In this document: piece by piece, positions 1-7,514 of the stretch
Layout of the letters: each line of letters begins with the position of its first letter
Numbering within the stretch: the first letter of the stretch is position 1
Source: an uncultured Planctomycetaceae bacterium
GTDB lineage: Bacteria; Planctomycetota; Planctomycetia; Planctomycetales; Planctomycetaceae
Direction of reading: 5' to 3'
Assembly (NCBI GenBank): GCA_963815195.1
Contig: CAWFGE010000013.1
Location: 1,120,001 to 1,184,000 of the forward strand
DNA length: 64,000 nucleotides
Position numbers and translations under genes: made by a program
The notes under the pieces: generated by a model
Told to the model about the DNA's origin: nothing
The model's input: only the letters and a program-made list of their open reading frames with translations
Databases searched by the model: none

Positions 1-135
1 GAGGCGATTCTGAACGACACGCCGGTGCCCACGCCCATCGAAGATGCGGTCGCGAACATGGAAGTCATCGAAGCCGTCGTGAAAAGCGCCGAGCGGGAGT
101 CGTGGATCATCCCGGGCAAATCGGGCCGCGATTGA
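1..135 (+). CDS. 3' end of a probable Gfo/Idh/MocA-family oxidoreductase (partial)
   Basis: Frame 1 reads EAILNDTPVPTPIEDAVANMEVIEAVVKSAERES...*, typical of the Gfo/Idh/MocA C-terminus; TGA at 133-135. Confidence 0.6.
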   Translation, partial: EAILNDTPVPTPIEDAVANMEVIEAVVKSAERESWIIPGKSGRD

Positions 136-159
136 CAATTCGTCTCGGCGGGTTATGAT
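132..159 (+). promoter_or_regulatory. sigma70-type promoter
   Basis: TTGACA (132-137), 16-bp spacer, TATGAT (154-159), directly upstream of the riboswitch. Confidence 0.65.
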
Positions 160-165
160 CGGCGT

Positions 166-351
166 TCGACATGGGTGTTCCGTCGCACTCGGCGTGCCAC
201 GGAAAGAATAGGGAAGACGGTGCGAATCCGTCGCGGTCCCGCCGCTGTAATCGGGGACGAACACTGCAAGAAACCACTGCGGACAATCAAAACAAAAACT
301 CCGCGGGAAGGTGCAGCTACTAGATCGATCCGAGAGCCAGAAGACCTGCCC
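166..351 (+). ncRNA. cobalamin (B12) riboswitch
   Basis: Conserved blocks in order: AATAGGGAA-x-CGGTGCGAATCCG, CGGTCCCGCCGCTGTAA, CCACTG, GGGAAGG and B12 box GAGCCAGAAGACCTGCC; a BtuF-like gene lies downstream. Confidence 0.92.
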
Positions 352-534
352 AATCGTCGGTTTTGTCAACGAATCTTTCGAGGATCAAAGTCGTTGCGGC
401 TGTTTGCGCCGGCGGTTGCGCGAAAACGCTCTTCTGCTGCGCCCCTCTCCCTGCAAGGCTTATTCCCGAGCGATTCGCGGGCGGAAATGCGCATTCCGCT
501 TTGGATGATGCGAAAAAGACAACGGGAGATTGTC

Positions 535-1410
535 ATGCCACACGCTTTTAAGGAACGGTCGGCTTCAGAAACCCAAAACCCATCCAGAGGATTCACGCTG
601 ATCGAATTGCTGGTGGTGATTGCCATCATCGCCCTATTGATGGGCCTGTTGCTTCCCGCGGTTCAGCAGGCCCGGGAAGCCGCTCGGCGAACGCAATGCC
701 GGAGCCGATTGAAGCAAATCATCCTCGCCACGCACAACTATGCCGAGACCTTCGGCACCCTGCTTCCCTATAAGATCGACGACCGAACCGAAATCCAGTA
801 TCAGACGGCGGGCGGCGGGACGCGGGGCAAAATCCATTACTGGTTCGGCGTCGTCAACCACGCGGAGCCCGATCCCCTCAAACAATTGGACTTCGCGAAG
901 GGCTATCTTTCCCCCTATATGGAAACCAACCGCCAGGCGTTTCAATGCCCGGACTTCGGGCCCAATCAGGTCGATCGCGTGCGGTTTGGGGAGATGGCTT
1001 CCGGCTATGCCTATAATGGCCACTATCTCGGCCCGGGCATCAACTATGATTATTCCAACTGGCCGAACATCGGCGTGTCGTCCGAGCCGATCGTGTACCG
1101 GTTTCGCGACGTTCGGCAGACGACGCAAACCATCGCCTTCGCCGATAGCGCCATCTACAACACCTGGAGCTATTCGCCGGGCCAACTCGTCGAAAACTGG
1201 CTCCTGGAACCGCCGAGCAAAACCCAGCCCACCGTCCACTTTCGGCACAATCAGACCGCGAACGTGGCCTATGTCGACGGCCATGTGGAAACGAAAACGC
1301 CGAGCTTTATCACCTTGCCGTTCTGGTTTACGCCGGCGGACATTAAAGCCAACCGGGACCATGACCTCGGCTTTGTCGGCAAAGACGACGCCGATTATGA
1401 TCGCAACTAG
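535..1410 (+). CDS. DUF1559 family prepilin-type N-terminal / H-X9-DG protein
   Basis: [34 protein letters not shown] and C-terminal [16 protein letters not shown] 535 with GGGAG RBS. Confidence 0.92.
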   Translation: MPHAFKERSASETQNPSRGFTLIELLVVIAIIALLMGLLLPAVQQAREAARRTQCRSRLKQIILATHNYAETFGTLLPYKIDDRTEIQYQTAGGGTRGKIHYWFGVVNHAEPDPLKQLDFAKGYLSPYMETNRQAFQCPDFGPNQVDRVRFGEMASGYAYNGHYLGPGINYDYSNWPNIGVSSEPIVYRFRDVRQTTQTIAFADSAIYNTWSYSPGQLVENWLLEPPSKTQPTVHFRHNQTANVAYVDGHVETKTPSFITLPFWFTPADIKANRDHDLGFVGKDDADYDRN

Positions 1411-1540
1411 TGCATTTTCAATGCTAGGAATTCGGATCAGCCGGAACGCGCTAGCGTCCGGTTCGCCGGCGAAAACCGGAGGCGAGCGCCCTGCGGCTAA
1501 TCTTTTCAACCCGAAATTCATGCTCTGACGGAGCACTAGT
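1406..1540. repeat. REP/MITE-like element with ACTAGTGC...GCACTAGT ends and an internal GCGCTAGC-type palindrome
   Basis: 8-bp terminal inverted repeats containing CTAG; internal hairpin about 1437-1501; begins at the TAG stop of the DUF1559 gene. Confidence 0.7.
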
Positions 1541-1588
1541 CTAGTATTCATAACTTCTTGGACTTAAACACCGACGAGGAGCGGATCC

Positions 1589-1933
1589 ATGCAATCATTG
1601 AAATACATCCTGCTATTAGCAACCGTCGGCGTGGCGGCTTACTGGATCTTGCCGTCGCGTTCCTCCAGAGGAAACGTCTCGCGGGACACCACTGAGGATG
1701 TGATGTATCTCTGCCGGGAGACGAAACAACGGATGCAAGCGCCTCCACAACAGGTGCCGGCGATGAATCCTCAGACCGGCCGGGCGACGCTTTATCGAGC
1801 GCTCTATTGTGCCGAGTGCAAAGGTTGGCGCGCCGTTCCTCCGCCGGAACTTTATCCGGGAAACCCGCTGACCTATCGTTGCCCGAAACATCACCGCCAA
1901 ATGACCTCCAGCGGACTTTTGGAAAACAACTAG
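1589..1933 (+). CDS. small membrane-anchored Cys-rich (Zn-ribbon-like) protein
   Basis: N-terminal hydrophobic segment; YLC, CAEC and CPKH motifs; GAGGAG RBS. Confidence 0.75.
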   Translation: MQSLKYILLLATVGVAAYWILPSRSSRGNVSRDTTEDVMYLCRETKQRMQAPPQQVPAMNPQTGRATLYRALYCAECKGWRAVPPPELYPGNPLTYRCPKHHRQMTSSGLLENN

Positions 1934-2011
1934 TGCTCCGTCAAAGCATGAATTTCGGGTTGAAAAAGTTAACCACAGGGCGCTCGCCCCGGTTCTCGCC
2001 GGGTGAACCGC
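1929..2011. repeat. second, inverted partial copy of the CTAG-ended REP/MITE element
   Basis: 1929-1966 is the reverse complement of 1503-1540 with 1 mismatch; similarity continues to about 2011. Confidence 0.75.
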
Positions 2012-2064
2012 ATTGGCACACAACATCTCAATCGAAAATTGATTGTCTCGCTGAGGAGCTATCC

Positions 2065-2766
2065 ATGTCGCCGCCGGAACCGATTGCCCTGTGTTGGAGC
2101 GGAGGAAAGGACAGCAGCCTCGCCCTCGATCGGCTGCGCGCCGGCAATCGGTTTCGCGTGGTGGCCCTCGTGACAACGTTTACGGAAGACTATCGCCGCG
2201 TGAGTATGCACGGCGTCCGCCGCGAGCTTTTGCTCGCGCAAGCCCAGGCCGTCGGTTTGCCCTTGGAAGAAGTCTGGATCCCGCGCGAGGCGAGCAATGT
2301 CATCTATGAGTCACGGATGGCCGAAGCGCTTTCCAACCTACGTGATGCCGGGGGCCTTCGCGCCGTTGCTTTCGGAGATATATTCCTTGAAGACCTCAAA
2401 ATTTACCGCGAGAAACAGCTTGCGGCTTTGAAGATGAACGGCCTGTTCCCGCTGTGGAAACGCGATACCCGCGAACTCGCCCGCGAGTTTGTCGACGCGG
2501 GATTCCGCGGCGTGACGACTTGCATCGATCCCCGCCGGCTGGACGCTTCGTTTGCCGGTCGCGAGCTCGATGCCCGGTTCTTTGCGGAATTGCCCGCCGG
2601 CTGCGACCCGTGCGGCGAGAACGGCGAGTATCATTCCTTCGTGTACGCCGGCCCGGATTGGGCGAACACGGTTGCGATGACTCGCGGCGAAATTGTCGAG
2701 AGAGATTCCTTTTTGTTCTGCGATTTGTTACCACTGGAGCAGACGACCCCGATCCCTAGCAAGTGA
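2065..2766 (+). CDS. adenine-nucleotide alpha hydrolase / PP-loop ATP pyrophosphatase (Dph6/MJ0570-like)
   Basis: WSGGKDS PP-loop, FGDIFLED, PLW, DPCGENGEYHSFV. Confidence 0.9.
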   Translation: MSPPEPIALCWSGGKDSSLALDRLRAGNRFRVVALVTTFTEDYRRVSMHGVRRELLLAQAQAVGLPLEEVWIPREASNVIYESRMAEALSNLRDAGGLRAVAFGDIFLEDLKIYREKQLAALKMNGLFPLWKRDTRELAREFVDAGFRGVTTCIDPRRLDASFAGRELDARFFAELPAGCDPCGENGEYHSFVYAGPDWANTVAMTRGEIVERDSFLFCDLLPLEQTTPIPSK

Positions 2767-3383
2767 GTGAAGTTATGACTCGTCCCAATGTCTTTTTTAT
2801 CGTCGGCCTGGCCGTTTATACGCTTTCGATGCGGTTGATGCCCTATGCGCTCAATCATTTGGGCGTGGCGATTGATCCGGAAAACACGTTTTATCCTTGG
2901 AACTTCTCGCCGATGTCGGCGTTTTGCCTGTTCGGCGCCGCCTACTGCGGCAGAAGATACCTGGCATTCTTCCTGCCCGTCCTTATCCTGCTGGAAGGGG
3001 ATCTCGGCATCTGGGCCCTGACGGGAAAAGTCGAATGGGCTTTTCATCAGAATATGGTCACCGTTTATAGCGGTTACCTATTGATCGCCGCACTCGGCAT
3101 GTGGTTGCGCGGCAAGCGCTCGTTGCCCGCCGTGTGGTGCACGGGGCTTATGGGCGAAATCCTCTTCTTTCTTCTGACGAACCTGGGCGTGTGGTATTTT
3201 TATGCGACCTATTCTAAAGATGCCGCGGGATTGTTGGCGTGTTATACGGCCGGCTTGCCCTACTTTGGGAAGTCGGTGGCGAGCACGCTGTTCTTTACAA
3301 CGCTGATCTTCCGCCCCTATATCCTCAAGGAACGCAAACTGCCGGCCGTTGTTTCGGAACCATCGCGCATTGCGGCCTCATAG
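2763..3383 (+). CDS. DUF6580-like multi-TM putative transport protein (S-component-like)
   Basis: Hydrophobic about 200 aa; WNFSPMSAFCLFGAAY, FFLLTN, CYTAGLPY. Confidence 0.7.
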   Translation: MSEVMTRPNVFFIVGLAVYTLSMRLMPYALNHLGVAIDPENTFYPWNFSPMSAFCLFGAAYCGRRYLAFFLPVLILLEGDLGIWALTGKVEWAFHQNMVTVYSGYLLIAALGMWLRGKRSLPAVWCTGLMGEILFFLLTNLGVWYFYATYSKDAAGLLACYTAGLPYFGKSVASTLFFTTLIFRPYILKERKLPAVVSEPSRIAAS

Positions 3384-3385
3384 GC

Positions 3386-3473
3386 CATGATTCTGTAACC
3401 AATGATTTTGTGCCCATGATGGCCCCGCTCTATCGCGCTAAAGAAAGTCACAAAATCATGGGGCACAGAATCA
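3386..3473. repeat. ATGATTCT/AGAATCAT short-unit inverted repeat cluster
   Basis: atgattctgt..atgattttgtgcccatgat facing aaaatcatggggcacagaatcat; a related unit lies at about 49460-49482. Confidence 0.55.
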
Positions 3474-3512
3474 TATCTCTGCTTTCAATCCCTCTGCCAT
3501 TCCGCATCCCGT

Positions 3513-4448
3513 ATGACCGAGCATCGCATTGTATCGCTGATTGCAAGCGCGACGGAAATTGTCGCGGCGCTCGGGCTCGCGGATCGGCTCGTGGGCCGGT
3601 CGCATGAATGCGACTATCCGTCTTCGGTGAAACGGCTGCCTCCTTGTTCCGAAGCCAAAATCGACGTCAATGCAACAAGCCGGGAAATCGACAACCGGGT
3701 CAAGGCGATCCTCCAGGATGCGGTTTCAGTGTATCGCGTGTTCCCGGATATTCTCGAGCGGCTGGCTCCCACGGTGATCATCACGCAAACCCAATGCGAA
3801 GTCTGCGCGGTGAGTCTGAAGGATGTGGAAGCCGCCGTCTGCAAATTGGTGACGTCCCGCCCGCAGATTGTGGCCCTCGAACCGATGTCGCTTGCGGATC
3901 TTTGGCAAGATATCCACGCCGTCGCCAAGGCGGTGGATGCCTGGGATCGGGCGGAGGTTTTGGTCGCGGACTTAAAGTCGCGGCTTGCGGTTCTTCAAGA
4001 GCGGGTTGCTCAAATTTCCGATCGGCCGCGGATCGCGTGTTTGGAATGGATCGATCCCTTGATGGCGGCGGGGAATTGGGTGCCGGAGTTGGTGGAGATT
4101 GCGGGCGGCGTGAATCTTTTCGGCGAAGCGGGCCGGCATTCGCCTTGGATGCGTTGGGAGGATCTCGTTGCGTCCGATCCCGATGTGGTCGCGATCATGC
4201 CCTGCGGTTTTGACATTCCGCGCACGCTGGCGGAGCTCGATCCGCTGACGAGCCGGCCGGAATGGGCAAAGCTCAAAGCGGTTCGGACCGGCCGAGTCTT
4301 TGTGACCGACGGCAATCAATACTTCAACCGCCCGGGGCCGCGGTTGGTGGATTCGGCCGAGATTCTCGCGGAACTTTTGCATCCCGAAACGTTCCATTTT
4401 GGACATGCGGGCGCGAGGCGACTTTCGTCATTCGGGAGGACACTGTGA
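3513..4448 (+). CDS. cobalamin-binding / helical-backbone ABC substrate-binding protein (BtuF-like)
   Basis: RIVSLIASATEI, VGRSHECDYP, TQTQCEVC, FNRPGPRL. Confidence 0.88.
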   Translation: MTEHRIVSLIASATEIVAALGLADRLVGRSHECDYPSSVKRLPPCSEAKIDVNATSREIDNRVKAILQDAVSVYRVFPDILERLAPTVIITQTQCEVCAVSLKDVEAAVCKLVTSRPQIVALEPMSLADLWQDIHAVAKAVDAWDRAEVLVADLKSRLAVLQERVAQISDRPRIACLEWIDPLMAAGNWVPELVEIAGGVNLFGEAGRHSPWMRWEDLVASDPDVVAIMPCGFDIPRTLAELDPLTSRPEWAKLKAVRTGRVFVTDGNQYFNRPGPRLVDSAEILAELLHPETFHFGHAGARRLSSFGRTL

Positions 4449-4615
4449 GCGGCACGGCGCTAGCCGCCGGCGTTAAGAACGGCACGGCGCTAGCCGCCGG
4501 CGTTAAGAGCGGCACGGCGCTAGCCGCCGGCGTTAAGAGCGGCACGGCGCTAGCCGCCGGCGTTGATATTGTGAGTCTGCTTTCATCGAAGCCGGAGGCG
4601 AGCGCCTACCGCTCA
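4446..4615. repeat. four tandem 30-bp REP arms plus one inverted closing arm
   Basis: GAGCGGCACGGCGCTAGCCGCCGGCGTTAA x4 (4447-4564); closing arm CCGGAGGCGAGCGCCTACCGCTCA at 4592-4615. Confidence 0.9.
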
Positions 4616-4662
4616 GATTTTCAAACGCGTTGAGCTAAGACAAAGCAACGAGGCAACCGAAC

Positions 4663-5574
4663 TCAGTAGGCTCCAACGGCCTCGCCGCCGTTCCGTGTGC
4701 CGAGGGCTTCAAAGATGGAGAGCTGGATGTTCTCGCTGATGAATACGACGTGGCCGTCGGCCATTACGAAGTGCGCGCCGCCGACGTGGGAGCTTCCGAA
4801 ATCCTCGATATCGTTGGCGATGTTGGGAACATCTCCCGCGTGCCCCATAAATCGGCCCGGCGCATCGTCCACGCCGGGGAGCGCCCCGGCCCAGGTTCCG
4901 TAGAAGGGGCCGTTCGTGGGATCCTGAAACGTCGTGCGTTCCCCGACGATCAGGGTGTTGCTCGCTCCGTCGGTGATGTCCCGGATCTTGACCGCGCTAT
5001 TGTGATAGAACATGCCGTCGCTTAAGCACTGCCCCTCTGGCGAGACGGGCGGCGTTCCCGCGGGCGATGTGTAACAGTCGTCGAGTTCCACCGTTCCAAA
5101 CACGCCCGCATAGTTGGCGGTCGCCATTTGGACGGGATTGCCGGTGCGGTCCGCCGTTTGGAACGTCTCCGGTTTGGGATCGCTGGGGCATTGGTAGACC
5201 GTCAAATGCTGGGCGAGCAAGGCCCGGTTCGGCGATGCATCCAGGGGACTGCTGAAATTGAACTGTCGATAAAGCGGGGCCTGATCGAGATAGGGCAGAA
5301 TCATCGTGCCCCAGGCGAAACCGCTTTCGCCCAAGACGCTGGCTCGGCCGTTCGTCACGCCGATCCATCCGGAAGGGAACGCGGCAGAGACATCGTGGTA
5401 ATTGTGGAGGGCCAGGCCGATCTGCTTCAAGTTATTCTTGCAGTTCGCCCGCCGGGCCGCTTCCCGGGCCTGCTGGACGGCGGGCAACAAGAGGGCGATT
5501 AAAATGGCGATGATCGCAATCACCACCAACAGTTCAATCAAAGTAAACCCGCGGCGGGCGCGTGGATGAGACAT
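4663..5574 (-). CDS. DUF1559 family prepilin-type / H-X9-DG protein
   Basis: [14 protein letters not shown]...AREAARR, CPSD, DITDG..NT..VGE, SHVGGAHFVMADG; GGGAG RBS. Confidence 0.93.
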   Translation of the reverse strand: MSHPRARRGFTLIELLVVIAIIAILIALLLPAVQQAREAARRANCKNNLKQIGLALHNYHDVSAAFPSGWIGVTNGRASVLGESGFAWGTMILPYLDQAPLYRQFNFSSPLDASPNRALLAQHLTVYQCPSDPKPETFQTADRTGNPVQMATANYAGVFGTVELDDCYTSPAGTPPVSPEGQCLSDGMFYHNSAVKIRDITDGASNTLIVGERTTFQDPTNGPFYGTWAGALPGVDDAPGRFMGHAGDVPNIANDIEDFGSSHVGGAHFVMADGHVVFISENIQLSIFEALGTRNGGEAVGAY

Positions 5575-5779
5575 GATGTTTCTCCCAATATTCGAAGCGC
5601 CGGGAATAAAGCAGCGGCGCAATGGAGGACTCAAAATCGAAAAATGCAGATCGCAAGGCGCGCAGCCGCGAGTTTCTTTTGAAAACCGGCGCGCGGAGTC
5701 GTTCGCTGCATCAACCGTAGCGGTGCCGAGCAAATCGGCGGCACGATGCCGCCGCTACGAGGATTGCGGCTCGACGCCT

Positions 5780-6193
5780 TTAAGCCGAAGGCGGGCCGCG
5801 GGAGTCGTAGACGGCCGGGAGAAAATTCGCCGTCACCGGGCAAGAAAGCAGGACCGGTTCCCGCACCGGCTCGGTTCCTTCCGCGAGCTCGATCGCGGGC
5901 GTCTCCAAAGGCGGATGGGCCAACGTCTGGCAGACGGGGCAGTCGTCATCGTGCCCAGGCGCCGGGCAAGGCGGATGGGGATGCGAGCCTTCCGCGCTGG
6001 ATTCCGGATGAGTCTCACCGCTGTGGCAATGGTGATGATGGGGACCATGCGGCGCGGCGGCGTGTTGATGCTCGACCGCCTGCGCAGGACAAGGCCCGTG
6101 GTGATGATCGTGCCACGCCGGTCCCCAGGTGACGACTAACAAATAGCCGACAACCGTCGCATAGGAGGCCAACTGGCGAAACAACCGGCTCAT
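5780..6193 (-). CDS. His-rich DUF2946/CruR-like leader protein
   Basis: N-terminal hydrophobic segment, poly-His tracts, CPVC, C-terminal SRGPP-SA-stop. Confidence 0.75.
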   Translation of the reverse strand: MSRLFRQLASYATVVGYLLVVTWGPAWHDHHHGPCPAQAVEHQHAAAPHGPHHHHCHSGETHPESSAEGSHPHPPCPAPGHDDDCPVCQTLAHPPLETPAIELAEGTEPVREPVLLSCPVTANFLPAVYDSRGPPSA

Positions 6194-6304
6194 CACGGAC
6201 TCGAAATGGAATAAGAATTCAGGCCAACGGATTTGATTATCGTTATTCGGTTTGTTTTTGCAATGCTTGTGCATTAAATAATTCTGAAAATTCACATTCC
6301 GAGC

Positions 6305-7480
6305 TCAGCGAAGGCGGGCGATGTAGCGGAGGAACTCTTGATCCAACTGTTTCAAGTCGTCTCCGAAGGCGGCCTGGAATTCCGCGAGGCGTTCTTTGGG
6401 GTTGTTCCACACGAGCGGTTTTTTTTGGGAGAGAGCATCGAGGTAGTTCTCGTATTGCCGCCGGTGTTTGTGGATCAGAAAGTACGTGAGGGCCCAGGCC
6501 TCCGCGTAGGCGTCGCCGGCGGTCTCGGCGTTTGTGAGGCGCGTGTCGCTGGAGATCAAGGTCGCCAGGGACTCCGGCGATTTGCGGCGGGCGAGGGTCT
6601 TTTTGAATTGACCCAGCCGCAGGCGGTTGACCTGGCCGATCGTCCGCCAACCGGTGCGGTTTTTGAGGTCGGGCGTCTCGAAATACATCGCCATGCCTTC
6701 GGTGAGCCACACCGGATTGTCGGCATAGCGGGTGTGCAGGCCGCAGTTGAAGGCGATCTGATGCGTCGCCTCGTGCACGACGGTCGCCACGTTGAACGGC
6801 GAGGCGGCCACCTTGCGGGCGACGTCCAACGGCGTTTGGGCCGGGGCGGAATTGGGGCCGGCCGTCAGATCGTAAAGCACGATGCGGTTCGTCCGCACCG
6901 AATAATAGCCCTTCGATTTGGCAGTCGCGGGGCTGGCATCCTTCGCGGCGAACTTCGCAAACTCGTCGGCCGAGGCAAACACGACCGCCGGCAGCGGGGC
7001 CTGGGGCTCTTCGAGCGACAGCGGCTTTCCGCGCCAATGCGTGAGAAACCCCGAGAGCAGCCGCTCGAACAAATTCCCGCACCACTCGGCGTAGGGCTTG
7101 CCGGCGTTGGTGCAGATGACGTAATGATCGGTCCGCACAATTTCGAACCCCTGGCCGAACTCGGCCAATAACTGCCGGCCCAATTCGTCCGCGGAGTCGG
7201 CGCGGTATTCGGCGTTGGTCGTCTTCACCGCCGGGCGCTGTTCGGCGGTGATCGTCCAAAGCTGTCCGGCCCGGTCTTCGAGCAAGACGCCGCCGTCGGC
7301 GGCTTCCACGAGCACCCGCCCCTCGCGAGTTTGGGGTTTTCCGTCTTTGCCGGTGTAGACGACTTCCACCAGCGGATCCCGGCCCCAAACCGGCCGGCCA
7401 TTCGCGCCAAGCACGATCGCCAATCCGATCATCAGCCATTGGAGTCGCAGGGAGACAAATAAGGACATCGGCCAACCCAT
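6305..7480 (-). CDS. DUF1570 domain protein (HExxH zincin-like)
   Basis: Signal peptide; HEATHQ and WLTEGMAMYFE. Confidence 0.85.
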   Translation of the reverse strand: MGWPMSLFVSLRLQWLMIGLAIVLGANGRPVWGRDPLVEVVYTGKDGKPQTREGRVLVEAADGGVLLEDRAGQLWTITAEQRPAVKTTNAEYRADSADELGRQLLAEFGQGFEIVRTDHYVICTNAGKPYAEWCGNLFERLLSGFLTHWRGKPLSLEEPQAPLPAVVFASADEFAKFAAKDASPATAKSKGYYSVRTNRIVLYDLTAGPNSAPAQTPLDVARKVAASPFNVATVVHEATHQIAFNCGLHTRYADNPVWLTEGMAMYFETPDLKNRTGWRTIGQVNRLRLGQFKKTLARRKSPESLATLISSDTRLTNAETAGDAYAEAWALTYFLIHKHRRQYENYLDALSQKKPLVWNNPKERLAEFQAAFGDDLKQLDQEFLRYIARLR

Positions 7481-7514
7481 TGTTTCGTTTCGTTCAATTT
7501 GTTTCGGCCGACCC

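Noticed and set aside
175..534. N-terminal extension of the first DUF1559 ORF
   Set aside because: It overlaps the riboswitch; the real start is probably ATG 535
4447..4564. CRISPR array
   Set aside because: The 30-bp units are directly adjacent with no unique spacers, there are no cas genes, and the unit is a REP arm found elsewhere in the window
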